Below, in pieces: positions 40,404 to 52,885 of a stretch of 64,000 bases of DNA. The position numbers were made by a program, and so were the translations under genes. The stretch comes from Chiloscyllium plagiosum (taxonomy: Eukaryota). The first letter of the stretch is position 1; each line of letters begins with the position of its first letter. The notes below the pieces were generated by a model, which worked only from the letters and a program-made list of their open reading frames with translations, ran no database searches and had not been told where the DNA came from. The stretch is taken from contig NC_057720.1 in the NCBI RefSeq assembly GCF_004010195.1, forward strand, positions 12,030,543 through 12,094,542, given 5' to 3'.

Positions 40404-42144
40404 GAGAAAGTGAGGACCGCAGATGCTGGAGATCAGAGCTGAAAATGTGTTGCTGGAAAAGCGCAGCAGGTCAGGCAGCATCCAAGGAACAGGAGAATCG
40501 ACGTTTCGGGCATAAGCCCTTCTTCAGGAATGAGGAAAGTGTGTCCAGCAGGCTGAGATAAAAGGTAGGGAGGAGGGACTTGGGGGAGGGACGTTGGAAA
40601 TGTGATAGGTGGAAAGAGGTCAAGGTGAGGGTGATAGGTCAGACGGGGGTGGGGGCGGAGAGGTCGGGANNNNNNNNNNNNNNNNNNNNNNNNNNNNNNN
40701 NNNNNNNNNNNNNNNNNNNNNNNNNNNNNNNNNNNNNNNNNNNNNNNNNNNNNNNNNNNNNNNNNNNNNNNNNNNNNNNNNNNNNNNNNNNNNNNNNNNN
40801 NNNNNNNNNNNNNNNNNNNNNNNNNNNNNNNNNNNNNNNNNNNNNNNNNNNNNNNNNNNNNNNNNNNNNNNNNNNNNNNNNNNNNNNNNNNNNNNNNNNN
40901 NNNNNNNNNNNNNNNNNNNNNNNNNNNNNNNNNNNNNNNNNNNNNNNNNNNNNNNNNNNNNNNNNNNNNNNNNNNNNNNNNNNNNNNNNNNNNNNNNNNN
41001 NNNNNNNNNNNNNNNNNNNNNNNNNNNNNNNNNNNNNNNNNNNNNNNNNNNNNNNNNNNNNNNNNNNNNNNNNNNNNNNNNNNNNNNNNNNNNNNNNNNN
41101 NNNNNNNNNNNNNNNNNNNNNNNNNNNNNNNNNNNNNNNNNNNNNNNNNNNNNNNNNNNNNNNNNNNNNNNNNNNNNNNNNNNNNNNNNNNNNNNNNNNN
41201 NNNNNNNNNNNNNNNNNNNNNNNNNNNNNNNNNNNNNNNNNNNNNNNNNNNNNNNNNNNNNNNNNNNNNNNNNNNNNNNNNNNNNNNNNNNNNNNNNNNN
41301 NNNNNNNNNNNNNNNNNNNNNNNNNNNNNNNNNNNNNNNNNNNNNNNNNNNNNNNNNNNNNNNNNNNNNNNNNNNNNNNNNNNNNNNNNNNNNNNNNNNN
41401 NNNNNNNNNNNNNNNNNNNNNNNNNNNNNNNNNNNNNNNNNNNNNNNNNNNNNNNNNNNNNNNNNNNNNNNNNNNNNNNNNNNNNNNNNNNNNNNNNNNN
41501 NNNNNNNNNNNNNNNNNNNTTGGAAATGCGATAGGTGGAGGGAGGTCAAGGTGAGGGTGATAGGCCGGAGTGGGGTGGGGGCGGAGAGGTCAGGAAGATG
41601 ATTGCAGGTTAGGAAGGCGGTGCTGAGTTCGAGGGATTTGACTGAGACAAGGTGGGGGGAGGGGAAATGAGGAAACTGGAGAAATCTGAGTTCATCCCTT
41701 GTGATTAGAGGGTTCCCAGGCGGAAGATGATGCGCTCTTCCTCCAACCGTCGTGTTGCCATGGTCTGGCGATGGAGGAGTCCAAGGACCTGCATGTCCTT
41801 GGTGGAGTGGGAGGGGGAGTTAAAGTGTTGGGCTACGGGGTGGTTGGGTTGGTTGGTCCGGGTGTCAGTCAAATCCCTCGAACTCAGCACCGCCTTCCTA
41901 ACCTGCAATCTTCTTCCTGACCTCTCCGCCCCCACCCCACTCCGGCCTATCACCCTCACCTTGACCTTCTTCCACCTATCGCCTTTCCAACGCCCCTCCC
42001 CCAAGTTCCTCCTCCCTATCTTTTATCTTAGCCTGCTAGACACACTTTCCTCATTCCTGAAGAAGGGCTTATGCCCGAAACGTCGATTCTTCTGTTCCTT
42101 GGATGCTGCCTGACCTGCTGCGCTTTTCCAGCAACACAATTTCA
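40404..42144. mobile_element. Penelope-like insertion with inverted termini, 15-bp TSD and an internal N gap
   Basis: GIY-YIG C-terminus HPVAQHFNSPSH...RRLEEERIIFRLGTL (minus strand); TSD GCTTATACAGAAGTG at 40389-40403 and 42145-42159. Confidence 0.88.
40670..41519. other. Assembly gap
   Basis: N run. Confidence 1.
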
Positions 42145-43737
42145 GCTTATACAGAAGTGTAAGTCTACCCTTTGCTCACGAAATTAAGCTGAAAAAAAGT
42201 GCAGTATCCTGTGAATGTTCACCATCATTAATGTTTTACAAAGTTTAGATTCCTCAGCACCTCTCATTTCAGGAGTCAGAACAAGATTATAACTGAATTG
42301 ACCTCCCTAAGTACCAAACATTAAGCATTGAATCTGCAACTGTCCGTAGTGTTAGGTAAGGGGTAAATGTAGGGGTATGGGTGGGTTGCGCTTCGGCGGG
42401 TCGGTGTGGACTTGTTGGGCCGAAGGGCCTGTTTCCACACTGTAATCTAATCTAATCTAATATCGACTTCTGAAAAATCTACTGTTTATAATGCCAGTGA
42501 CACATTGTAAATATACAAGCTTCCTCCCAGAGCTGACTAGGTGAAACACCTGCATGTTACTCAGTTATACCTAGATTCGCGTTCTGATCTATGCTGAGGA
42601 CAGATGCAATGACAATATTAGAACCCCCATTTGTGGAATTATCTTCCCCAGTTATCTTATTGATTGACAGAGCAAGCTTGAGGGCTCAAGCAACTCATGT
42701 CCCATTTTCCCACAATTTCTAATCTTCTTTTCTATCAAGCAATCCACTATTGACCGACACTCTCTCTCTGCAGCCAAGTGAACGAAGTGCTAGAGATCTG
42801 CTGACACCCCATAGATGTGTACCTCAAAATGAATCAGCATATCTAACTGAGATGGGTGGAGCAGAAATAATTAGGAAATGTACAATAATCTAATAATAAC
42901 CGCAGCAGCATCTGCTTATGAATAACATCCTCTGTGAGATCTGTAGAATATTTCTTCCTTGTTGCTATTAAACACTATCAATTTTGGACATTCAATCTCC
43001 ACCTCTGTTCATTTCCAATACTTCACAGCTCACACATAGACCAGGTACTGAGCCTACCATTCCTCACACAAACACTTAGACTTTTAACACCCAGACTTGT
43101 CACTAAGTCACCTCTGAAACTCTCAATTGCCACTACTGTATGTAGAAGGACAGCAGAGACGCAGGAAAACCATCATAGGATTAGACAGGATGTAAGACAT
43201 AGAAACAGACCAATTAGCCCAACCAACCCATGCCAATGTTTAAGTATTGAGTCCTCATCCCTCTTTCCACAGTTAAGATTGTAACCCTTCTTCCTCATTT
43301 GTCTAGTTTCCCCCTAAATGCAGCCACATTTTCAACTGCTCCCTATGCTGATAGTTTCCACTTTCTTCACCACATGCTCAAAGTCATCACCACACTCCAT
43401 CTTGGAAACACTGTCACTGGATCAAAATTCTGGAGCTCCCTGCCTGATAGAACTGTAGGAGTGCTTTTGCCATATAGCAGACTGCAGCTATTCAAGAAAG
43501 CATCAATTCAGCCTCCATACATTGAGGTTTAAAAGAATGAAAGAAGATCTAATTTAAACATGTAGAATTCTAATTGGGCTAGACAGACAATGCAGGGAGA
43601 ATGTTTCCCTTGGTTAGAGAGTCTAGAAGAAAGTGAGGACTGCAGATGCTGGAGATCAGAGCTGAAAATGTGTTGCTGGAAAAGCGCAGCAGGTCAGGCA
43701 GCATCCAAGGAGCAGAAGAATCGACGTTTCGGGCATG

Positions 43738-46700
43738 ACGTGCGGATTCTGTCAGTCAGCAAACCCCGCCCCCCGGCCGGGCGGCTCCTGTCAATCAGCA
43801 AACCCCGCCCCCAAACGTGCGGCTCCTGTCAATCAGCAAACCCCGCCCCCAAACGTGCGGATTCTGTCAGTCAGCAAACCCCGCCCCCCGGCCGGGCGGC
43901 TCCTGTCAATCAGCAAACCCCGCCCCCAAACGTGCGGATTCTGTCAGTCAGCAAACCCCGCCCCCCGGCCGGGCGGCTCCTGTCAATCAGCAAACCCCGC
44001 CCCCAAACGTGCGGATTCTGTCAGTCAGCAAACCCCGCCCCCCGGCCGGGCGGCTCCTGTCAATCAGCAAACCCCGCCCCCAAACGTGCGGCTCCTGTCA
44101 ATCAGCAAACCCCGCCCCCAAACGTGCGGATTCTGTCAGTCAGCAAACCCCGCCCCCCGGCCGGGCGGCTCCTGTCAATCAGCAAACCCCGCCCCCAAAC
44201 GTGCGGATTCTGTCAGTCAGCAAACCCCGCCCCCCGGCCGGGCGGCTCCTGTCAATCAGCAAACCCCGCCCCCAAACGTGCGGATTCTGTCAGTCAGCAA
44301 ACCCCGCCCCCCGGCCGGGCGGCTCCTGTCAATCAGCAAACCCCGCCCCCAAACGTGCGGCTCCTGTCAATCAGCAAACCCCGCCCCCAAACGTGCGGAT
44401 TCTGTCAGTCAGCAAACCCCGCCCCCCGGCCGGGCGGCTCCTGTCAATCAGCAAACCCCGCCCCCAAACGTGCGGATTCTGTCAGTCAGCAAACCCCGCC
44501 CCCCGGCCGGGCGGCTCCTGTCAATCAGCAAACCCCGCCCCCAAACGTGCGGATTCTGTCAGTCAGCAAACCCCGCCCCCCGGCCGGGCGGCTCCTGTCA
44601 ATCAGCAAACCCCGCCCCCAAACGTGCGGCTCCTGTCAATCAGCAAACCCCGCCCCCAAACGTGCGGATTCTGTCAGTCAGCAAACCCCGCCCCCCGGCC
44701 GGGCGGCTCCTGTCAATCAGCAAACCCCGCCCCCAAACGTGCGGATTCTGTCAGTCAGCAAACCCCGCCCCCCGGCCGGGCGGCTCCTGTCAATCAGCAA
44801 ACCCCGCCCCCAAACGTGCGGATTCTGTCAGTCAGCAAACCCCGCCCCCCGGCCGGGCGGCTCCTGTCAATCAGCAAACCCCGCCCCCAAACGTGCGGCT
44901 CCTGTCAATCAGCAAACCCCGCCCCCAAACGTGCGGATTCTGTCAGTCAGCAAACCCCGCCCCCCGGCCGGGCGGCTCCTGTCAATCAGCAAACCCCGCC
45001 CCCAAACGTGCGGATTCTGTCAGTCAGCAAACCCCGCCCCCCGGCCGGGCGGCTCCTGTCAATCAGCAAACCCCGCCCCCAAACGTGCGGATTCTGTCAG
45101 TCAGCAAACCCCGCCCCCCGGCCGGGCGGCTCCTGTCAATCAGCAAACCCCGCCCCCAAACGTGCGGCTCCTGTCAATCAGCAAACCCCGCCCCCAAACG
45201 TGCGGATTCTGTCAGTCAGCAAACCCCGCCCCCCGGCCGGGCGGCTCCTGTCAATCAGCAAACCCCGCCCCCAAACGTGCGGATTCTGTCAGTCAGCAAA
45301 CCCCGCCCCCCGGCCGGGCGGCTCCTGTCAATCAGCAAACCCCGCCCCCAAACGTGCGGATTCTGTCAGTCAGCAAACCCCGCCCCCCGGCCGGGCGGCT
45401 CCTGTCAATCAGCAAACCCCGCCCCCAAACGTGCGGCTCCTGTCAATCAGCAAACCCCGCCCCCAAACGTGCGGATTCTGTCAGTCAGCAAACCCCGCCC
45501 CCCGGCCGGGCGGCTCCTGTCAATCAGCAAACCCCGCCCCCAAACGTGCGGATTCTGTCAGTCAGCAAACCCCGCCCCCCGGCCGGGCGGCTCCTGTCAA
45601 TCAGCAAACCCCGCCCCCAAACGTGCGGATTCTGTCAGTCAGCAAACCCCGCCCCCCGGCCGGGCGGCTCCTGTCAATCAGCAAACCCCGCCCCCAAACG
45701 TGCGGCTCCTGTCAATCAGCAAACCCCGCCCCCAAACGTGCGGATTCTGTCAGTCAGCAAACCCCGCCCCCCGGCCGGGCGGCTCCTGTCAATCAGCAAA
45801 CCCCGCCCCCAAACGTGCGGATTCTGTCAGTCAGCAAACCCCGCCCCCCGGCCGGGCGGCTCCTGTCAATCAGCAAACCCCGCCCCCAAACGTGCGGATT
45901 CTGTCAGTCAGCAAACCCCGCCCCCCGGCCGGGCGGCTCCTGTCAATCAGCAAACCCCGCCCCCAAACGTGCGGCTCCTGTCAATCAGCAAACCCCGCCC
46001 CCAAACGTGCGGATTCTGTCAGTCAGCAAACCCCGCCCCCCGGCCGGGCGGCTCCTGTCAATCAGCAAACCCCGCCCCCAAACGTGCGGATTCTGTCAGT
46101 CAGCAAACCCCGCCCCCCGGCCGGGCGGCTCCTGTCAATCAGCAAACCCCGCCCCCAAACGTGCGGATTCTGTCAGTCAGCAAACCCCGCCCCCCGGCCG
46201 GGCGGCTCCTGTCAATCAGCAAACCCCGCCCCCAAACGTGCGGCTCCTGTCAATCAGCAAACCCCGCCCCCAAACGTGCGGATTCTGTCAGTCAGCAAAC
46301 CCCGCCCCCCGGCCGGGCGGCTCCTGTCAATCAGCAAACCCCGCCCCCAAACGTGCGGATTCTGTCAGTCAGCAAACCCCGCCCCCCGGCCGGGCGGCTC
46401 CTGTCAATCAGCAAACCCCGCCCCCAAACGTGCGGATTCTGTCAGTCAGCAAACCCCGCCCCCCGGCCGGGCGGCTCCTGTCAATCAGCAAACCCCGCCC
46501 CCAAACGTGCGGCTCCTGTCAATCAGCAAACCCCGCCCCCAAACGTGCGGATTCTGTCAGTCAGCAAACCCCGCCCCCCGGCCGGGCGGCTCCTGTCAAT
46601 CAGCAAACCCCGCCCCCAAACGTGCGGATTCTGTCAGTCAGCAAACCCCGCCCCCCGGCCGGGCGGCTCCTGTCAATCAGCAAACCCCGCCCCCAAACGT

Positions 46701-48060
46701 GCGGATTCTGTCAGTCAGCAAACCCCGCCCCCCGGCCGGGCGGCTCCTGTCAATCAGCAAACCCCGCCCCCAAACGTGCGGCTCCTGTCAATCAGCAAAC
46801 CCCGCCCCCAAACGTGCGGATTCTGTCAGTCAGCAAACCCCGCCCCCCGGCCGGGCGGCTCCTGTCAATCAGCAAACCCCGCCCCCAAACGTGCGGATTC
46901 TGTCAGTCAGCAAACCCCGCCCCCCGGCCGGGCGGCTCCTGTCAATCAGCAAACCCCGCCCCCAAACGTGCGGATTCTGTCAGTCAGCAAACCCCGCCCC
47001 CCGGCCGGGCGGCTCCTGTCAATCAGCAAACCCCGCCCCCAAACGTGCGGCTCCTGTCAATCAGCAAACCCCGCCCCCAAACGTGCGGATTCTGTCAGTC
47101 AGCAAACCCCGCCCCCCGGCCGGGCGGCTCCTGTCAATCAGCAAACCCCGCCCCCAAACGTGCGGATTCTGTCAGTCAGCAAACCCCGCCCCCCGGCCGG
47201 GCGGCTCCTGTCAATCAGCAAACCCCGCCCCCAAACGTGCGGATTCTGTCAGTCAGCAAACCCCGCCCCCCGGCCGGGCGGCTCCTGTCAATCAGCAAAC
47301 CCCGCCCCCAAACGTGCGGCTCCTGTCAATCAGCAAACCCCGCCCCCAAACGTGCGGATTCTGTCAGTCAGCAAACCCCGCCCCCCGGCCGGGCGGCTCC
47401 TGTCAATCAGCAAACCCCGCCCCCAAACGTGCGGATTCTGTCAGTCAGCAAACCCCGCCCCCCGGCCGGGCGGCTCCTGTCAATCAGCAAACCCCGCCCC
47501 CAAACGTGCGGATTCTGTCAGTCAGCAAACCCCGCCCCCCGGCCGGGCGGCTCCTGTCAATCAGCAAACCCCGCCCCCAAACGTGCGGCTCCTGTCAATC
47601 AGCAAACCCCGCCCCCAAACGTGCGGATTCTGTCAGTCAGCAAACCCCGCCCCCCGGCCGGGCGGCTCCTGTCAATCAGCAAACCCCGCCCCCAAACGTG
47701 CGGATTCTGTCAGTCAGCAAACCCCGCCCCCCGGCCGGGCGGCTCCTGTCAATCAGCAAACCCCGCCCCCAAACGTGCGGATTCTGTCAGTCAGCAAACC
47801 CCGCCCCCCGGCCGGGCGGCTCCTGTCAATCAGCAAACCCCGCCTCAAACGTGCGGCTCCTGTCAATCAGCAAACCCCGCCCCCAAACGTGCGGATTCTG
47901 TCAGTCAGCAAACCCCGCCCCCCGGCCGGGCGGCTCCTGTCAATCAGCAAACCCCGCCCCCAAACGTGCGGATTCTGTCAGTCAGCAAACCCCGCCCCCC
48001 GGCCGGGCGGCTCCTGTCAATCAGCAAACCCCGCCTCAAACGTGCGGCTCCTGTCAATCA
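43738..48060. repeat. GC-rich satellite of 38/39-bp monomers in a 269-bp higher-order repeat, (A-B)x3 + C
   Basis: Variant C (AAACGTGCGGCTCC...) recurs at 43813, 44082, 44351, i.e. every 269 bp; about 16 HOR units and about 110 monomers, almost invariant. Confidence 0.97.
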
Positions 48061-48520
48061 GCTAACCCCGCCCCCAGCCGAGCGGTTCATGTCAATCAGC
48101 ACACCCCGCCCCCAAACGTGCGGCTCCTGTCAATCAGCAAAACCCGCCTCAAACGTGCGGCTCCTGCCAATCAGCAAACCCCGCCCCCAAACCTGCGGCA
48201 CCTGCCAATCACCAGGCCCCGCCCCAAGCCGCGCGGCCCCCGTCAAGCCAACCGAGCGACGACTGTCGAACACCAAACCCCGCCCCCAGCCGATCAAACC
48301 CCGCCCCCAAACCTGCGGCACCTGCCAATCACCAGGCCCCGCCCCAAGCCGCGCGGCCCCCGTCAAGCCAACCGAGCGACGACTGTCGAACACCAAACCC
48401 CGCCCCCAGCCGATCGGCTTCCCTCATTCACCAAAGCCCGCCTCCCAACCGGGCGTCCCCTGTCAATCACCAGACCCCGCCCCGCGCCTGTCAATCTCCA
48501 GGCCCGCCCCTCTGGACCCC
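48060..48520 (-). promoter_or_regulatory. Degenerate CCAAT-box/GC-box promoter-like edge of the satellite (candidate USP33 upstream promoter)
   Basis: Repeated GCCAATCA and CCCCGCCCC motifs, CpG-rich, with a 120-bp tandem duplication at ~48175-48414; lies 5' of USP33. Strand is inferred. Confidence 0.5.
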
Positions 48521-48734
48521 AAATGTCTATCACTGAGATAAGAAGCTGCAATAAAGTCAAAATACTGTGGGTGCTGTTACAAACGTAGAGAATGCTGGAG
48601 AAAGTCAGCAGTCAATCACTATGATTCTCAACTCGAAACGTTAACTGTTTTTCTCTCTCCACAGATGCTCAGTATCTCCAGGATGTTTTTATTAACTTTC
48701 CTACTGCAATGCAGACTGGGCATGGTGATTTTAT

Positions 48735-48766
48735 TCCTGATGAAGGGCTTTTGCCCGAAACGTCGA
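48735..48766 (+). ncRNA. Minimal hammerhead ribozyme motif in a Penelope terminal fragment
   Basis: TC-CTGATGA-A-GGGC(TTTT)GCCC-GAAA-CG-TC/GA; intact core with a palindromic ACGT stem III. Confidence 0.65.
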
Positions 48767-50142
48767 TTTTGCTGAAGCTCCTCGGATGCTGCCTGAACTG
48801 CTGTGCTCTTCCAGCACCATTGATCCAGAATCTGGTTTCCAGCATCTGCAGTCATTGTTTTTAACCATGATCCAAAGTAAGACCATGAGATGTAGGTGCA
48901 GAAAGTAGACGAGTCTGCTCCGCCACTCAATGAGATTATGACTGATCCGATAATCCTCAACCCTACTTTCCTGCTTTTTCCCCATAACTCTTGACTCCCT
49001 TACTGATTTAAAAATCTGTTTATCTCAGCTTTCAATACACTTTAGCAGATCTAGCCTCTACAGTCCTCTGTGGTAAAAATAATCCACAGGTTCACTGAGC
49101 TCTGAGCGAAAAATATATTCAGGTATTCAAGTTTTTGGCCCAATTGGAATCTTTTCTGGGATTGAAAAGACCTGTTCGAAGTGGATGCATTTAACTTGAA
49201 CTGGAACGGCACCAATATCTTAACAGAGATTTCCTAGTTAAGGGGGACTTCAGATTGCTGGGAGTGGTGGGTGGAAGGAATTCTAAGTAGTAGTGTCTGT
49301 AGAAAGATTGATGAAAAAGGTTCTGAAAGTGAAAAAGAACAGGTCAATTACAAAAGAAAGACAAGAGCAAATCAGAGACTGTAGTAACTGTGAAGAACAA
49401 AATTGCAAATAATTCAATGCAAGGGTCTTACAGTAAAGCTGATGAACTCAGCATGTTTAGGAACATAGGTTTGAGATGTCATATTACAGAAACTTGGCTA
49501 AGGGCTGGCAGCTTAATATTCCGGATTTTAGATGCTTTGGGAAGGATAGGAAGGGAGGCAAGAGTGGTATTTTTGGTTAAAGAATACATAATTGCTGTAA
49601 CTTAGAGAAGCTATTTCTGAAAATTGTTAAGTGAAAATATATGGGTAGAAATTAAAATAAGAAAGGAAAGATCACCTTGATAGGATTGTACTAACGCACC
49701 TCCTCCCCCACCCTCCAATAGTCATAAGGAAATTGAAAAACAAACATGTAGATGGCCAGATTTTTTGCAAAGAGCTGTGTTTTCATTTTGGGGAACTCTG
49801 GAGAAGTTTTTTTAATCTGAGGAATTTATTGAAGATGTGTCATTTTAATTCAGTTAATCAGTTAAGTGGTTGATGTTATTTAAGATTTATATACTTGTTA
49901 CTTTTTTTTTGCTTTTTAAGTTTACTTTCTATAGGTGCTGAAATAGAGTTTATTTTATATATAAGGTGTTACTGAAAGTTGCTTTTTTTAAGCTTTATGT
50001 TATTGAGGGCATATAAGCAGGAACAGAGTCTGATGGCCAGTAGATTTCGAAGGGTGATTGCACAGCAGGATCAGTCAGAGAGATGTTGACTGTCATGAAA
50101 AGTAATAACTTAGTTCAATAGTCTCTGGTGATTATTCCTCAA

Positions 50143-51693
50143 AGAGTCATAGAGATATACAGCATGGAAATGGACCCTTTGGTCCACCTCATCCATGCCG
50201 ACCAGATATCCCAACCCAATCTAGTTCCACATGCCAGTACCTGGCCCATATCCCTCCAAACCCTTCCTATTCATATAGCCATCCATATGCCTTTTAAATG
50301 TTGCAATTGTACTAGCCTCCACTAGTTCCTCTGGGCAGCTCATTCCATACACGTACCACCCTCTGCATGAAAAAGTTGCTCCTCAGGTCTCTTTTATATC
50401 TTTCCATTCTCACTCTAAACCTGTGCCATCTAGTTCTAGACTCCCCCACCCCAGGGAAGAGACTTTGTCTATTTATCCTATTCATGCCCCTCATGATTTT
50501 ATAAATCTCTTTAAAGGTCACCCCTCAGCCTCCGATGCTCCAGGGAAAACAGTCCTAGCCTATTCAACCCCTCTCTATAGGTCAAATCCTCCAACCCTGG
50601 CAACATCCTTGTAAATCTTTTCTGAACCCTTTCAAGTTTCCCAACATCTTTCCAATAGGAAGGAGACCAGAATTGCATGCAATATTCCAAAAGTGGCCTA
50701 ACCAATGTCCTGTACAGCCGCAGCATGACCTACCAACTCCTGTACTCAATACTCTGACCAATAAAGGAAAGCATACCAAATGCCTTCTTCACTATCCTAT
50801 CTACCTGCGACTCCACTTAATCAATATAAAGAATGTAGAGGCATTCTTAAGAAGGAAATAAGAAAAGCAAAGAGAGGATATGAGATAGTATTGACAGATA
50901 ATATTAGGGATAATCCTAAGAGATTCTACAAGAACATAAAATGTATGAGGATAATTATAGCGAGAGTAGGGCTTCTTAAAGATCCTTAAAGATCCATCTT
51001 TGTATTGAACCCCAAGAGATAGGAGAGATACTAAATGAATATTTTGCATCAGTTTTTACTGTGGATAAAGAAATGGAGGTTAGAAAGCGCAGGGAAATAA
51101 ATACTGGTTTTTAAAACAGTTCACATTACAGAAGAGGAGGTTCTGGAGGCCTCAGAGAATATGAGGTGGATAGGTCTCCAGGACCTGATCTAATGTGTCC
51201 CAGAACATTGTGAGAAGTAAGGGAGGAAATTATGAGACTCCTTCCAGAAATGTTTGCATTATCTACAACTACAGGTGAGGTGCCTGATAACTGGAGGGTG
51301 ACTAATGTTGTACCTTTAATTAAGATAGGGAAACTATAAACTGTGAATCTGTCTTTGGTTGTGGGTAAGTAATTGGAAGTGATTTTAGGACGGGGTATTT
51401 CAAGACTAAGGGACACATTTTTAAGGTGAAAGGAGAGAGATTTAAAAAAGACATGAGAAGCAAATCATTTACACAGAGGGTGGTTCGTGTACGGAATGAA
51501 CTTCCTGTGGAAGTGGTGGATGTGGGTACAATTACAACGTTTAAAAGACATTTGGATAAGGACATCAATAGGAATGGTTTGGAAGGATATGGGCCAGGAG
51601 CAGACAGGTAGGACTAGCTTAGTTTGGGATTAGGTTTGGCATGGACTAGTTGGACTAAAGGGTCTGTTACCGTGCTGTCTAACTCTATGACTC
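50143..51693. mobile_element. Two adjacent CR1 fragments in opposite orientation (minus 50143-50817; plus 50818-51693)
   Basis: LYRTLVRPLLEYCMQFWSP on the minus strand; KKEIRKAKRGYE...DNPKRFYK and FTQRVVRVRNELP on the plus strand. Confidence 0.85.
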
Positions 51694-51979
51694 AAAGGAA
51701 TTCCTTCTCATGTGCGTCTCAAATGGGCAGGCCGTTTTTCTGAGATTGTACCCTCTGGTCCGAGATTCTCCCACAAGTGAAAAAAACCTCTCTGCATTAA
51801 CCCTGTAAGATGAAATAGATTGCCTTTCATTCTTCTAACTACTCAATCACTCCTCATAAGACAGTCCATCCATACCTGGTACCAGCCTAACTAACTTTCT
51901 CTGGACTTCCTCCAATTCGATCTTTCTTTCAATAAAGGGATCTAATCTGTTTACAATATTCTAGCTGTGTTGAGAGGGG

Positions 51980-52885
51980 GATGCTGGAAAAGTACAGCAG
52001 GTCAGGCAGCATCCGAGGAACAGGAAAATCGATGTTTCGGGCATAAGCCCTTCATCAGGAATGAGGCTTGCCGGCTAGGGGGGGCCGAGAGATAAATGGG
52101 AGGGGAGTGGGGTTGGGGGCAAAGTAGCTGAGAATGCAACTGGTGGATGAAGGTGAGGGAGAAGGTGAGGGGTCAGACAGGTGGGTGGAGCAGATAGATG
52201 GGAAAGGTAATGGATAGGTCTGGAGGGCGGTGCCGAGTTGGAGGCTTGGGACTGGGATAATGTGGGTGGAGGAGAAATGAGGAAACTTGAAATCCACATT
52301 GCTCCCGTGTGGTTGCAGGATCCCAAGGCGGAATATGAGGCGTTCCTCCAGGCGTTGGGTAGTAAGGGATTGGTGATGGAAGAGACCCAGGACCTGCATG
52401 TCCTTGACGGAGAGGGAGGGCAGTTGAAATGTTCAGCCATGGGGCGATGGGGTTGGTTGGTGCAGGTGTCCCAGAGATGTTCTCTGAAACAATCCGCAAG
52501 TAGGCGTCCTGTCTCCCTGATGTCGAGGAGACCACATCGGGTGCAACAGATCCAATAGATACATTGGTGGAAGTACAGGTAAATTTCTGTCAGATGTGGA
52601 AGGATCCTTTGGGGCCTTGAATTGAGGTGAGGGGAGTGGTGTGGGTGCAGGTATTGCACTTTCGCCGGTGGCAGGGGAAGGTGTCAGGAGTATGGTGTGG
52701 GCTGTGGGGGATGTGGACCTGACGAGGAAGTCGCGGAGGACATGGTCTCTTCAGAATGCTGTGAGGGGTGGGGAGGGAAAAATGCATCTGGTCCACATCC
52801 AACAGAAATTTACCTGTACCTCCACCAATGTCATCTACTGTATCAGTTGCACCCGATGTGGTCTCCTCTACATCAGGGAGACAGC
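51980..52885 (-). mobile_element. Penelope-like 3' fragment with an inverted GIY-YIG segment
   Basis: CIYWICCTRCGLLDIRET...AEHFN (minus strand) and an inverted copy, FTCTSTNVIYCISCTRCGLLYIRET (plus strand, ~52790-52885). Confidence 0.85.

Noticed and set aside
40580..41601. 300-aa ORFs
   Set aside because: Almost entirely N-gap sequence.
43590..48588. Three 1500-1600 aa ORFs as a giant protein gene
   Set aside because: They arise from a stop-free tandem repeat open in all three frames; their starts lie in a mobile-element remnant or in the repeat itself, and there is no domain content.
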